The position numbers and the translations under genes were made by a program. From Pseudothermotoga sp. (GTDB taxonomy: Bacteria > Thermotogota > Thermotogae > Thermotogales > DSM-5069), in contig JBEPZZ010000005.1 of NCBI GenBank assembly GCA_041640575.1, positions 1 through 64,000 of the forward strand: DNA of 64,000 nt. Direction: 5' to 3'. Of this stretch, positions 12,076 through 22,580 are shown piece by piece. How positions within the stretch are numbered: the first letter of the stretch is position 1; every line of letters begins with the position of its first letter. Below the pieces are notes generated by a model. It saw only the letters and a program-made list of their open reading frames with translations. It ran no database searches and was not told the DNA's origin.

Positions 12076-12646
12076 AGTATTTTTTCACCATCTCCACAAA
12101 GTATTTATGAACTTCTAAATTCTCGCTCAGTTCCGGATGAAATGAACTTGCAAGAAGGTTCCCCTCTTGAACCAAAACAGGAACCCCTTCATGTTCGGCC
12201 AGAATCCTTACGTTTTCTCCAATTTCGACTATTTTAGGAGCTCTTATAAATATTGCATTGATCTTTTTCCCAAAAACTGGAACATTCAACAATACTTCGA
12301 AACTTTCAATCTGCCGACCGTATGCATTCCGCTCTACGGTTATATCCATCAATCCAAGTGTGTATTGAGTCGGATAATTGAGAAGTTTTTTGGCTAGCAT
12401 TATCATACCAGCACAGGTTCCGTAAACTGGCATGCCGTTTCTAGCACGATCGATAATTTTATCAGCCAAACCCGTTGATCTTGCAAGTTTCCCTATGGTT
12501 GTGGATTCTCCACCAGGTATTATTAAGCCATGTACTTTCTCAAGATCTTCAACAGTTTTCACAACTATACCCTCAATAGCCATTCTTTGAAGAATTAACA
12601 CATGTTCTCTAAAATCTCCTTGAAGTCCTAGGACTCCTACGATCAA
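12050..12646 (-). CDS. pdxT: PLP synthase glutaminase subunit
   Basis: LQGDFREH, PGGESTT, GTCAG, FHPE. Confidence 0.96.
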   Translation of the reverse strand: MIVGVLGLQGDFREHVLILQRMAIEGIVVKTVEDLEKVHGLIIPGGESTTIGKLARSTGLADKIIDRARNGMPVYGTCAGMIMLAKKLLNYPTQYTLGLMDITVERNAYGRQIESFEVLLNVPVFGKKINAIFIRAPKIVEIGENVRILAEHEGVPVLVQEGNLLASSFHPELSENLEVHKYFVEMVKKYYDSVRRSA

Positions 12647-12649
12647 CTT

Positions 12650-13525
12650 TTACCAGCCCCTCTCCTGCATTTTAACTTCAAGTTCTTCAACATCAAGCCC
12701 TGGCATTGGTTCACCAATGTCTTCCGAAACTTTAAGAAGCATTTCAGGATCGTTCCAATAGGTTACAGCCATGACAATAGATTTAGCCATCTTTGATGGA
12801 TCCTTAGATTTGAAAATTCCAGAACCTACAAACACACCATCGGCTCCAAGCATCATCATTAGTGCGGCATCGGCTGGGGTAGCTACTCCACCCGCTGCAA
12901 AGTTTACAACTGGTAACCTTCCCAATCTCTTGACTTCTTTGACAAGTTCAACTGGCGCACCAATTTCTTTTGCATAACTTACAAGTTCTTCGTCAGCCAT
13001 CGTTGTAACCTTTCTTATCTCATCCATTACCCTGCGCATGTGCTTAACAGCTTCAACTATGTTGCCTGTTCCTGCCTCTCCTTTTGTTCTTATCATTGCA
13101 GCACCTTCTGCTATTCTCCTAAGCGCTTCACCTAGGTCGCGTGCGCCACAAACAAATGGAACTTTGAATTCATGTTTGTTAATGTGGAACCTATCGTCTG
13201 CCGGTGTTAAAACCTCTGATTCATCTATGAAATCAACACCAAGAGCTTCAAGTATTCTAGCCTCAGCTATGTGACCGATCCTAACTTTTGCCATAACAGG
13301 TATTGAAACAGCTTGCATAATCTCCTTGATCTTTGATATACTAGCCATTCTTGCTACTCCGCCAGCTTTTCTGATATCTGCTGGGACTCTTTCAAGTGCC
13401 ATAACAGCAACTGCACCGGCTTCTTCGGCTATCTTAGCCTGCTCGGCAGTTGTAACATCCATTATTACTCCGCCTTTGAACATTTCGGCAAAACCCTTTT
13501 TGACCATCCAAGTTCCTTTTTCCAT
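12650..13525 (-). CDS. pdxS: PLP synthase lyase subunit
   Basis: [40 protein letters not shown]. Confidence 0.98.
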   Translation of the reverse strand: MEKGTWMVKKGFAEMFKGGVIMDVTTAEQAKIAEEAGAVAVMALERVPADIRKAGGVARMASISKIKEIMQAVSIPVMAKVRIGHIAEARILEALGVDFIDESEVLTPADDRFHINKHEFKVPFVCGARDLGEALRRIAEGAAMIRTKGEAGTGNIVEAVKHMRRVMDEIRKVTTMADEELVSYAKEIGAPVELVKEVKRLGRLPVVNFAAGGVATPADAALMMMLGADGVFVGSGIFKSKDPSKMAKSIVMAVTYWNDPEMLLKVSEDIGEPMPGLDVEELEVKMQERGW

Positions 13526-13528
13526 CGC

Positions 13529-14830
13529 TCACACCTCCTCCCAGTAATGTTTTTCGACTTTTTTAAGTCTTGAGTGATCAAATTTCTGCCTACCTGCTTT
13601 AGCACAAGGTTTCCCATTGACTTCAACAACATCGGCAGTTATGTCAACCTTCTGCCTTAAAAGTTTTGAACCAACCGCATAAACGTCGGCTGGAACTTTG
13701 AGTTTCTCAAAAAGCGCTATTTTCTCAGCGTCAAATCCACCTGAAACAACTATTTTCAAATCTTTCAAACCAACTTTATCGAACTCTTGTCTTGCCTTCC
13801 AAACAAGTTCAGGACAAACTCCCAAGGAAGATTCATCTCTTGGTACGACAGACACATCTCTTAAATTACCGGATGTATCGAATCTAACACCCCATATTTT
13901 GCCTTTTCCATCGCCTATTATGGTGGACGGATCCGTTACACCCAGAATGAACGGTTTACCTATATGTTTTTCATAAAAACTCTTTATAACTTTGAAAGTT
14001 GTACCTATTACATCATTTTCCCAATCAACCAAGATTATTCGTTTTACATTTTCCGGCATATGCGTGTCAAAAGCTATAGCAGCAGCCTCTGTACTACCAT
14101 CGTAAGCAGCAATCAATGCATGAGGCATGGTGCCCATCGATTCAACACCCCAATAATCCGCATTCGCATCGGTTGAAACACCGAAAGCACCGGCACATAA
14201 TGCAGCATAACCATCCGTTGCCTGTACCCAATAATGGTCGAATCTAGCACTGAAATAAAGCACAGGTTTTCCATTAGCAGCTTTCACAACGTGTTTGACA
14301 GCAGTAGCTGTACTTGTTGCGCGAGCAATGACACCCAACAATACTGTTTCAAGGTATCCAAAATAGGTTGGATCCCCTTCAATGACCATTATTGGTTCCC
14401 ACTCCTCTGCCTCATCACCGTCGTAAAGAGCTTTGACTTCTATTTCATTCCACTTGTCAACCCAAAGATCATTCAACTTCATTCTTAGGTCCCATTTTCT
14501 TCTTGTGTATTCAATGACGAGATCTCTTTGCATTTCTATCGAAGCTTGTTGTAAAGCTAAATCAAGCTTTTGAATCTCCTGAAACAGTTCCTTTGCTTTT
14601 GACTCGTCTCTATAATAACCAGTTGCAAACCTTAATATAGCCAAAGCTTCATCTATTCCAACAACAACGCAGTCACGCCTTGGAAAGAATTGATATAAAA
14701 CCCAAGGATGCCTGTTGTCCTTTTTCAATACCTCAACGTACCTCAAAAAATATATGTCGGAATAGTATCCGTTTCTTATTCTATCTATAGGCACTTTGAA
14801 AACTTTTGGGTCAAGTCTTTTTTTATTCAC
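13529..14830 (-). CDS. pncB: Nicotinate phosphoribosyltransferase
   Basis: YSDIYF, GTMPHALI, GVRFDTSG, IVVSGGF; adjacent to nicotinamidase. Confidence 0.85.
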   Translation of the reverse strand: MNKKRLDPKVFKVPIDRIRNGYYSDIYFLRYVEVLKKDNRHPWVLYQFFPRRDCVVVGIDEALAILRFATGYYRDESKAKELFQEIQKLDLALQQASIEMQRDLVIEYTRRKWDLRMKLNDLWVDKWNEIEVKALYDGDEAEEWEPIMVIEGDPTYFGYLETVLLGVIARATSTATAVKHVVKAANGKPVLYFSARFDHYWVQATDGYAALCAGAFGVSTDANADYWGVESMGTMPHALIAAYDGSTEAAAIAFDTHMPENVKRIILVDWENDVIGTTFKVIKSFYEKHIGKPFILGVTDPSTIIGDGKGKIWGVRFDTSGNLRDVSVVPRDESSLGVCPELVWKARQEFDKVGLKDLKIVVSGGFDAEKIALFEKLKVPADVYAVGSKLLRQKVDITADVVEVNGKPCAKAGRQKFDHSRLKKVEKHYWEEV

Positions 14831-15355
14831 CTAAACCACCTCTGCCCCGAGGATTTCACTCATCATCCTCAGTGCAAATTCATGCAATTTTTGGTCATAC
14901 GAGGCAACGGCGTCTTTGTGAACTATTACCTTTATACCTCTGTTTCTAAGTTCTTCTACCGTAAACAAGACACAAATATGAGTAACAACACCACAAATCT
15001 CAACTTCCGATATAGACAATTCCTTTAATTTTTGATCCAACTCCGTATTGAAAAACGCGCTATAACGATTTTTCTTAATTGCATGGTGCTTAGCATAACC
15101 TTGTAATCTTTGTTCCAACTCAACAATTAATCTGGCACCATATGTATCTTTAACACAATGACTTGGCCATAATTTAAATTCTGCGTCATCTGGATCATGC
15201 CAATCTTGAGTTGTTATTATTACGTTTCCTTCTTTCAGATTTCTTTCAAAATGGAACAAGACGGGCGCAATTACTTTCTCTGCGCCCGCAAAATAAAGTG
15301 CTCCACCTGGCTTTACAAAATCGTTTTGAAGATCAACCAAAATTAAAGCCTTCAC
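14831..15355 (-). CDS. pncA: Nicotinamidase (isochorismatase-family cysteine hydrolase)
   Basis: VDLQNDF, QDWH, WPSHCV, KNRYSAF, GVVTHICV. Confidence 0.85.
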   Translation of the reverse strand: MKALILVDLQNDFVKPGGALYFAGAEKVIAPVLFHFERNLKEGNVIITTQDWHDPDDAEFKLWPSHCVKDTYGARLIVELEQRLQGYAKHHAIKKNRYSAFFNTELDQKLKELSISEVEICGVVTHICVLFTVEELRNRGIKVIVHKDAVASYDQKLHEFALRMMSEILGAEVV

Positions 15356-15377
15356 TACTTTACCACACCCTTAATGC

Positions 15378-16352
15378 TTAACGTATGGGTTTGTCTTTTG
15401 TTGCTTGCTCTAGTGCAAGTAATCTTTCCCATCTCTTATCAACGTAATCTTGAAGCTCCTTGATGATTTCCTCAGCATCGGGTCTTTGCAGAACCAATCT
15501 GAATCTTTCTTGAATCTTTACAAATTCAGAGACAGGTTTGAAGGAAGCAGGTTTTCGTGTAACTTTGTAAACACCTCTTTCAACTTCGTAAAGCGGCCAA
15601 TACTTTGTTTCAACAGCAAGTTTTGTTACGTCAATCGTCTTACTTTCATTCATTCTCCAGTATCTAACACATGGGCTCAAAACTGCCAAGAATGATGGCC
15701 CATCAAAAGCTAATGCTTTTTCAACTTTAGCCATGAAATCCATGGGTTCGGCTGGTACGGCAGTTGCCGCATAAACATTTTCATGACCCGCAACAATTTC
15801 CATTATGTTTTTCTTCAGCTGCAATTTTCCTGGTATTTTCTTTCCAACAGGTGCGGTTGTTGTATCAGCACCTGGAGGAGTCGATCCGGATCTTTGATTT
15901 CCTGTGTTCATATAACCTTCGTTATCGTAAAGAACATATATTAACTTGTGGCCTCTCTCCAAAGCACCAGAGAGCGATTGCAATCCTATATCGTAAGTTC
16001 CACCATCACCGCCAAACGCAAAAAATGCATATTTTTTGTCTGGTGAAATTTTTCCAGATTTTCTTAAAGCCCTGTAAGCTGTCTCTACACCGCTTATTGT
16101 GGCAGCAACGTTTTCAAAAGCGTTGTGAATATATGGTACCGACCACGAAGTATATGGGTAGATTGTAGAAGAAACCTCCATACAACCTGTCGCAAAGCCA
16201 ACGATAGGTTCATATCCAAGAGCTTTCGCAGTCATAAGGATTATCTTTACCGTAATTGGAGCGCCACAACCAGGGCACATCCTATGTCCCTGTGTTATAC
16301 CTATTTCTCTATTCGTGAAAATCTCAGCAAGCTTTTTCATTGGTAACGGCAT
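15378..16352 (-). CDS. porB: Pyruvate:ferredoxin oxidoreductase beta subunit
   Basis: GHRMCPGCG, GGDGGTYDIG, YDNEGYMNTG. Confidence 0.93.
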   Translation of the reverse strand: MPLPMKKLAEIFTNREIGITQGHRMCPGCGAPITVKIILMTAKALGYEPIVGFATGCMEVSSTIYPYTSWSVPYIHNAFENVAATISGVETAYRALRKSGKISPDKKYAFFAFGGDGGTYDIGLQSLSGALERGHKLIYVLYDNEGYMNTGNQRSGSTPPGADTTTAPVGKKIPGKLQLKKNIMEIVAGHENVYAATAVPAEPMDFMAKVEKALAFDGPSFLAVLSPCVRYWRMNESKTIDVTKLAVETKYWPLYEVERGVYKVTRKPASFKPVSEFVKIQERFRLVLQRPDAEEIIKELQDYVDKRWERLLALEQATKDKPIR

Positions 16353-16364
16353 TCAAAGCACCTC

Positions 16365-17546
16365 CTATTCTCTTAAACCAAGGTATAGTTCCTGATCGGC
16401 GACCAGTTCATGTTTCATTGCTTTCTCGAAAGCACGTTTTATCAATTCGGGATTGATATCTCTTCCACCAAGTCCATAAACGAAGGAACCAAGTAATGGT
16501 CTAGAAGCAACTTCATAGAGAGATGATTTGATCGCTTCGTACAGCGGTGCTTCAGCACCAAAGGACGCAGACCTATCGAGTACTACCACAGCTTTCCTCC
16601 CGGTAAGCCATCTTTGTATCTCAGCTTTCGGGAATGGCCTGAACATCCATATCTTCAAAAGACCAACTTTGTGCCCTTTCTCTCTTAGCTCATCCACAAC
16701 ATACTTGATAGTTCCATTAGTTGACCCAAGAGCTACCATCACATAATGTGCATCATCCATTTTGTACGGCTCAACAAAGTTATATTTTCTTCCAGAGATT
16801 TTGTAAAATTCCTCGGCAATTTGTGGAAAAACTCTGAATACATTTTTCATGGCTTCTATCTGTTGCCTCTTATGTTCAAAATAATAATCATACAAATCAA
16901 GAGGACCATAGGTAACTGGGTGATCAGTGTCAAGAAGAGGATAAATGGGTTTTAGTTCCTTGACAAAGGATTTCACGACTTCATCTGGCAACATCTCGAC
17001 AGGTTCGACGCCGTGGGAAATTATGAAACCATCTTGGTTGACCATCACAGGTAATCTCACATCTTCGTGTTCTGCTAATCTTACTGCTAGAATTACTAAA
17101 TCATAAACCTCTTGAGCATCTTCGCAGAACAGCTGTATCCATCCAGAATCTCTTTCAGCCATTGTATCACTGTGATCACAATGAATGTTTATTGGTCCAC
17201 TTAATGCGCGGTTGACAACTGGCATTACAATTGGTAAGCGCAATGAAGCAGCTATATAAACAACCTCGTGCATCAAGGCTAGCCCATTGGCACTCGTAGC
17301 TGTCATTGCTCTAGCACCTGCTGCAGCTGCTCCGACAATTGCACTCATAGCACTATGTTCGCTTTCAACCGGTATCATTTCTGTTCTAACAAGACCATCA
17401 GCAACAAATTTTGCAAAATACTCAACAATCGGAGTTTGAGGGGTTATAGGATATGCCGCAACAACATCCGGCTCTATTTGTTTCATCGCATAAGCGGCAG
17501 CTTCCGCTCCTGTAATGGCTTGAATTATCTTTTCAGCCATACTCAT
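16365..17546 (-). CDS. porA: Pyruvate:ferredoxin oxidoreductase alpha subunit
   Basis: AYPITPQT, VESEHSAMS, NRALSGPINIHCDHSD, YGLGGRD. Confidence 0.94.
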   Translation of the reverse strand: MSMAEKIIQAITGAEAAAYAMKQIEPDVVAAYPITPQTPIVEYFAKFVADGLVRTEMIPVESEHSAMSAIVGAAAAGARAMTATSANGLALMHEVVYIAASLRLPIVMPVVNRALSGPINIHCDHSDTMAERDSGWIQLFCEDAQEVYDLVILAVRLAEHEDVRLPVMVNQDGFIISHGVEPVEMLPDEVVKSFVKELKPIYPLLDTDHPVTYGPLDLYDYYFEHKRQQIEAMKNVFRVFPQIAEEFYKISGRKYNFVEPYKMDDAHYVMVALGSTNGTIKYVVDELREKGHKVGLLKIWMFRPFPKAEIQRWLTGRKAVVVLDRSASFGAEAPLYEAIKSSLYEVASRPLLGSFVYGLGGRDINPELIKRAFEKAMKHELVADQELYLGLRE

Positions 17547-17845
17547 TCCTCCTCCGTGATAAACTCTGTCTCTGGCCTCATCTCAATAGCTTTCTTTGGA
17601 CAAACATTGGCGCAAATACCGCAACCTTTACAGTAGAAGTAATTTATACCTTTCATAACAGCATTTTCTTGAACAATTGCTTGATCTGGACAGTAAAACC
17701 AGCACATCATGCAATCAATGCATTTGGATCTATCATAAACAGGGCGTTTTACTCTCCAGTCACCTGTCCTATACTTTCTCGCCGTACCTGGTTCTGTTAT
17801 CAAACCACCAATGGGAATTTCTTTCCAACCCTTCAGTTCAGCCAC
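17543..17845 (-). CDS. porD: Pyruvate:ferredoxin oxidoreductase delta subunit
   Basis: TGDWR, CIDCMMCWFYCP, CKGCGICANVCP; GTG 17845 after AGGAGG. Confidence 0.93.
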   Translation of the reverse strand: MAELKGWKEIPIGGLITEPGTARKYRTGDWRVKRPVYDRSKCIDCMMCWFYCPDQAIVQENAVMKGINYFYCKGCGICANVCPKKAIEMRPETEFITEEE

Positions 17846-18410
17846 TGCATGACACCTCCTCATAACCGCGTTTCAACGCTCTTAAATTCGCTTGGATCAT
17901 TTCCTCAGAAAGTTTTTTCTCGAACATGGTTCTTATCTTTTGTTCAGCTGCTTCAAGAGTTATAACTCCCGTAACTCTTGCAAGGGTTCCCAACATCACC
18001 GTGTTCGGTATACCTCTTTTAATTTCTTCAAGAGCGATATCAGTAGCTCTAACGGTACAGACTTTTCCCTTGAAACCTGTTTTTCTTCTTACGAACTCCA
18101 TTGGATGAGCTGTGTTAACTATTAAAATGCCATCTTCGCGCAAGCCAGTAACAATCGAGGGAGAAAGCAATGTATCATCAATTACAACAACAACATCTGG
18201 ATTCTCAACCGCGGAATGAACCGTGATCCTTTGATCACTGATTCGATTAAAAGCTCTCATAGGCGCTCCAGATCTCTCAGCTCCATATTCTGGAAAAGCT
18301 TGTGCATATTTCCCCATCTCAAGAACTGCTTCCGCTAAAAGTTGAGAAGCACTTTTAGCACCTTGCCCAGCTCTTGAGTGCCATCTGATCTCAAAATATT
18401 TTGTAGGCAC
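17838..18410 (-). CDS. porG: Pyruvate:ferredoxin oxidoreductase gamma subunit
   Basis: EIRWHSRAGQGAK, FPEYGAERSGAP; GTG 18410 after GAGGAGG. Confidence 0.93.
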   Translation of the reverse strand: MPTKYFEIRWHSRAGQGAKSASQLLAEAVLEMGKYAQAFPEYGAERSGAPMRAFNRISDQRITVHSAVENPDVVVVIDDTLLSPSIVTGLREDGILIVNTAHPMEFVRRKTGFKGKVCTVRATDIALEEIKRGIPNTVMLGTLARVTGVITLEAAEQKIRTMFEKKLSEEMIQANLRALKRGYEEVSCSG

Positions 18411-18434
18411 TTTAAATCCTCCTCTCAACAATTT

Positions 18435-20015
18435 TCAGCCGTGTACTTTAAAATTGAGCCATGGGAATATTGCATCGGTTGACTCAAGTTTTTTCAAGTA
18501 GTCTTCACTTATATTATCCTCCAAAAGTTGATTTTCCAAATCTAAAAACCTTTTCACGTGTGTTTTGATTCTGTTAACAGCGTATTCAACGCTTGTACCC
18601 GTTGTAATTATAAATTGCCAGTCACTTGACTGAAGCAACAAAACTTCACGAAACATTTGGTTGAGCACTCTAATTTTCAATGAGTCCGTTTCATCCATAT
18701 ATTTGTCAATATGTTTATGTAACCTTTCCGAGAGCTCTTTTATATGAATCTGGACCCAATCGTTTTTCCCGTTCAACCACGTTTCGTGGTATCCACCGTT
18801 ACCCCACGAAGATTCGGCAGGCGTAAGAATCTGGTAAGAATCAAATTTCTCAGTCGCTTCGAAAGCTGTTAACGGTTTTAGAACTCGACTTTGAGCCATT
18901 TTTGTGAAGAAAGATTCTATGAATTCGGGACCTTCAAACCACCAATGACCAAACAGTTCCGTATCGAAAGGTGCGACAATTACAGGAGGTTCACCAAAAA
19001 TATTGTGTAATCTCTCAACTTGAGCGATTTTTTTCGCCAAAAAGTCAGCTGCATGATCTTCAACAGCTTGGAGGGCTTCTGCGCGGTTGTAAAATTGTTT
19101 TTCCTTCAAAGGTAATTCCTTGGATGTTATCTTATAATACTTAATCCCGGTGTTAACACGCACTCCACTTGGATCCACGTAAGGTTTTATGTATTCATAA
19201 TCTCTGTCAAAACCTATATCTCTGTAAAATTCCCTATATCTGCTATCACCAGGATAACCCAAAGCTGCACTCCACACTTGTTCACTTGATTCAGGATCCC
19301 TAGCAAAGGCAAAAACACCAGATGGCGTCATAACAGGTCTATAAACACCATACTTGGGTTTCTCGTCCGCATACCAAAGTGCATGCGAATCAACAAAGAA
19401 GAATTTTAGACCATACTTTGCTAAAGTTTCATCTAAGCCAGGGTAATAACCACACTCAGCAAGCCATATACCATTCGGACTATGACCAACACTTTTTTTG
19501 AATGACTCTACACCAACTTTTATCTGGATATCAACTGATCGTGGATCGTGTTGAAGTAGAGGAAGATAGGCATGAGTTGCGTTGCAGGTTATCAGTTGTA
19601 CACGTCCACTCTTAGAATGTTTCTCGAAACCCTTGACCAAGTCTCTTGAAAGTTTTTCATAGTACTGAAGATTGTTTTCAAACCTGTCTTTGTAGAATTC
19701 CGCTAATTGCTTTTCTTCTTTGGTCTTGACATGCGCCAACTCTTTTTCACAAAGCTCGATTAGGCCTTTGGTATGTCTGACAAACTTCTCACAAAGACTG
19801 TTTTCTTTCATCATTTCAAGCAAGGGTGGTGTCAAGGACATTGTGACTTTGAACGGGATGTTTCTTTCTGCTAACCTATCAAAAACCATTAGAATTGGAA
19901 TGTAAGTTTCATGAACTGCCTCAAAGAACCATCTCTCTTCCAGAAAAGTTTCATATTCCGGGTGGTGAATATATGGCAAATGGGTGTGTAAAACCAAGCA
20001 GAAATATCCTGTCAT
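18435..20015 (-). CDS. GH57 glycoside hydrolase, 1,4-alpha-glucan branching enzyme type (DUF1957 C-terminus)
   Basis: HTHLPY, ETYIP, WLAECGY, PFDTELFGHWWFEG, QSSDW. Confidence 0.9.
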   Translation of the reverse strand: MTGYFCLVLHTHLPYIHHPEYETFLEERWFFEAVHETYIPILMVFDRLAERNIPFKVTMSLTPPLLEMMKENSLCEKFVRHTKGLIELCEKELAHVKTKEEKQLAEFYKDRFENNLQYYEKLSRDLVKGFEKHSKSGRVQLITCNATHAYLPLLQHDPRSVDIQIKVGVESFKKSVGHSPNGIWLAECGYYPGLDETLAKYGLKFFFVDSHALWYADEKPKYGVYRPVMTPSGVFAFARDPESSEQVWSAALGYPGDSRYREFYRDIGFDRDYEYIKPYVDPSGVRVNTGIKYYKITSKELPLKEKQFYNRAEALQAVEDHAADFLAKKIAQVERLHNIFGEPPVIVAPFDTELFGHWWFEGPEFIESFFTKMAQSRVLKPLTAFEATEKFDSYQILTPAESSWGNGGYHETWLNGKNDWVQIHIKELSERLHKHIDKYMDETDSLKIRVLNQMFREVLLLQSSDWQFIITTGTSVEYAVNRIKTHVKRFLDLENQLLEDNISEDYLKKLESTDAIFPWLNFKVHG

Positions 20016-20713
20016 CTGTTACCGCCTCCAGAAAGGAAAGATTCAGATGACCAGCTGGCCGGGTAGATCTTTTCAACGGGTTTTATCAAAGATTCACCAA
20101 TGGTTACTATCTGAGGTTTACCGCGTACATACCATCTTTGCCTGCTTGTTTGTGCAGGTGAAGCCGAAGGAGTTCGACAAAGATTAGACCTTAGAACAGG
20201 AACAAAATTGTTTTCGGTTTTGTAACCAAGTTCAGCTAAATAATCTGCTTCTGCTGTTGGAAGATTGAAATAATAGTTTCTGCACATTCCAAGATGAACA
20301 CCTGCTTCGAAAATTCTGTGTGCATTTGTTCCGTCAAACTCAATGTATGTCACATCATACAGGCGTAGAATGACGTTGCCAGATTGCGCTAACTTATCGT
20401 ATGTTGATTTAGATAAATCCCAGAAAGCAAACACGAGAGTTGGATTAACCGCAAGCAAAATCAATCGGTCTGAACAATAAAAGCTAGGAATTTCAGAAAC
20501 CGTTCGCACTTGCTCCTGTATTTTCGAGGTAACTGAGTACACTTTTTGTTCACTCTTGTCTAGTAACTCTGCATAATCAGAAAGAAGTTTGTAAACTTCT
20601 TGTTTCTTCATTCTTTTTTTGACCTTCAGACCTAACTTTCGTGCCAAAGATTTTGCTTTTTGGATGGTTGGCTGGGATGAGAGAAAATTGAAAAGTTCTT
20701 CACGCGTCATCAC
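20012..20713 (-). CDS. DUF4912-domain protein with a basic Rho-N-like N-terminus
   Basis: LAVNP..VFAFWDL, LRLYDVT..F.G, YLAELG, RSN...TP; coupled to GH57. Confidence 0.75.
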   Translation of the reverse strand: MMTREELFNFLSSQPTIQKAKSLARKLGLKVKKRMKKQEVYKLLSDYAELLDKSEQKVYSVTSKIQEQVRTVSEIPSFYCSDRLILLAVNPTLVFAFWDLSKSTYDKLAQSGNVILRLYDVTYIEFDGTNAHRIFEAGVHLGMCRNYYFNLPTAEADYLAELGYKTENNFVPVLRSNLCRTPSASPAQTSRQRWYVRGKPQIVTIGESLIKPVEKIYPASWSSESFLSGGGNR

Positions 20714-20746
20714 TGACGCCTCCTTTTTAGAAAATGTTTACAAATT

Positions 20747-20775
20747 ATTCTAGCACAATCTGGTTTTGTTGTAAA
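20747..20775 (-). promoter_or_regulatory. sigma70-type promoter
   Basis: TTTACA-N17-TAGAAT with TGn extension, upstream of an AGGAGG SD. Confidence 0.7.
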
Positions 20776-20904
20776 CTAACGAAAACTAATGATTAAAAAA
20801 GCAAAAACAAAAAAGTCGAAACTTTTCACAGATATTAGCAAAATTTCGCCATTAACCGTTCAAAATAAATGGTTGTTTCTAACACTATTGATCGTTTTGT
20901 CACA

Positions 20905-22578
20905 TTAGTCAAACTCTCGAACTATTTGCTCCACGGAAAGCGGTGTCACAAATACAGTGCTGTAATGTGTATAAAGAACCAAACCAGGTGGGGACCCTTT
21001 GGGTTTGTGGACGTTTTTTACTTCTGTGTAATCAACGGGAACATTACTTGAATATCTAGCTCCAGAATAGTAAGCAGCAAGACTAGCGGCAAAACGAATA
21101 ACAGATTCGGAGGGAATTTTGTCTTCAACCTTGATAAAAACATGAGCTCCTGGCATCTCATGTGCATGTAGCCAAATGTCTTTATCATTTGAGCTTCTGA
21201 GCAGTTCCTCATTTTGTTTGTTGTTTTTGCCAACAAAGATCTTAAATCCTTCATATTCGAATTTTCTAAAAGAACTCTTCTCAGAAGCAAATCTGTTTGT
21301 TGCTTTTTTCTCGCGTTTTGCAGAGAGTTGTTCCTTAATTTCCTCAAGTTTTCTCAAATCTTGAACAGTCTCTATTTGAATCTTCAAAGCTCTAAGATAG
21401 TCCAGCTTTTCAATAGCCTGCTTTATCCTCATTTGAAGAACAGGAAGCTTTTCCTTCATTTTCTTATAAAGTTCGAAATAATACTGCGAACTTTCCCTAA
21501 CGGATTTGTTGTTAACAAGGGGAACCAATATCTTTTCCCCCGTGTTCCAGTCAAATACAAGCACTTGGTTACCGCGTCTGTCTTGCTCTGATGCATACTT
21601 TAAAAGCTCGCCAAATCTAAGATACTCATCCTTTTTTTCGCATTCCAACGTTTCCTTTTCAAGAGATTCTATGAGTTTTTCTTCTTTCGTCATCATTTCT
21701 TGAACAACTTTGGTCAATTCTTCCGAAAGCTTCTTTATTTTCTGTTGCCTTATTTCGGTCCTGAAAAGATCGTCAACGGTCTTTGATGGACTTTCAAAAC
21801 ATGTAATCTTATGTGCATGTGAAAAAGTTAGGGGAATTGCAGATAAAACAAATTTATTGTCCACAGAATAAACACAAACAAAAGATTTATGGAAATCATT
21901 AATAACAGAAAAAAAGGAATGCTTTAAAAGTGCTTTCTCTCTTTCTGAAAAAGCCGAGATGGGTAGGTCAGTTAGACCAGCACGGCTGAGAACCTCATTC
22001 ACTAAGATTCTTGAAAAACCATAGAAATTCTTTTGTAGAAAAGTAGAAACCTTTTCCGGACAGTCGAAGTCAGAAAAAGCTTCATATCCAATTTTAAGTG
22101 GATTAAATCTCTGATTTGGCAAGCAGTAAGGCTCTCCTTTAGCAATGCGTCGACCGCCAGCAGTTGTTTGTCTGAAACAATCGATGACAAAACCACTTTC
22201 GACCAGGATCAAATTGCTATGAGTTCCAAAGAGTTCTACAAAAAGCTTGTACTCATGCTTTTCACCAATCTCGTTTACTTTGCTAAAAGTAAAAATCAGC
22301 ACCCTGTCTAATTCATACTGCTCTACATCTACAAGTCTTGCATTCCTCAGCTTAGACCTCAACATCATTACAAAACTGGAGGGGTGATGATCAGAAAAAT
22401 CCTCTTTTTCGGTTAAGCAAACATGTTGTAAAGGTGCTTCTAAACAGACTCTCACAACTCCAGTTTCAAAATAAAGGTATACGATGAGTTTTCCGTATTG
22501 GTATACTTGCCTCAGATGCTCGGATTTCAATTTTTGCAGTTCACTAACTACCTTCTGAAGGACAAAACCATCCAGCAA
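20905..22578 (-). CDS. rqcH: NFACT-family ribosome quality control protein (RqcH/FbpA)
   Basis: MLDG N-terminus, DRVL, ELFG.HSN, coiled coil, VGKNNKQNE, WLHA..MPGAHV, AAYYS, VDYT. Confidence 0.9.
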   Translation of the reverse strand: MLDGFVLQKVVSELQKLKSEHLRQVYQYGKLIVYLYFETGVVRVCLEAPLQHVCLTEKEDFSDHHPSSFVMMLRSKLRNARLVDVEQYELDRVLIFTFSKVNEIGEKHEYKLFVELFGTHSNLILVESGFVIDCFRQTTAGGRRIAKGEPYCLPNQRFNPLKIGYEAFSDFDCPEKVSTFLQKNFYGFSRILVNEVLSRAGLTDLPISAFSEREKALLKHSFFSVINDFHKSFVCVYSVDNKFVLSAIPLTFSHAHKITCFESPSKTVDDLFRTEIRQQKIKKLSEELTKVVQEMMTKEEKLIESLEKETLECEKKDEYLRFGELLKYASEQDRRGNQVLVFDWNTGEKILVPLVNNKSVRESSQYYFELYKKMKEKLPVLQMRIKQAIEKLDYLRALKIQIETVQDLRKLEEIKEQLSAKREKKATNRFASEKSSFRKFEYEGFKIFVGKNNKQNEELLRSSNDKDIWLHAHEMPGAHVFIKVEDKIPSESVIRFAASLAAYYSGARYSSNVPVDYTEVKNVHKPKGSPPGLVLYTHYSTVFVTPLSVEQIVREFD

Positions 22579-22580
22579 CT

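Noticed and set aside
20813..20831. Possible Rex operator (AGTCGAA-ACTT-TTCACAG) upstream of the por-containing run
   Set aside because: Left half-site is far from TTGTGAA; chance match is likely in AT-rich DNA
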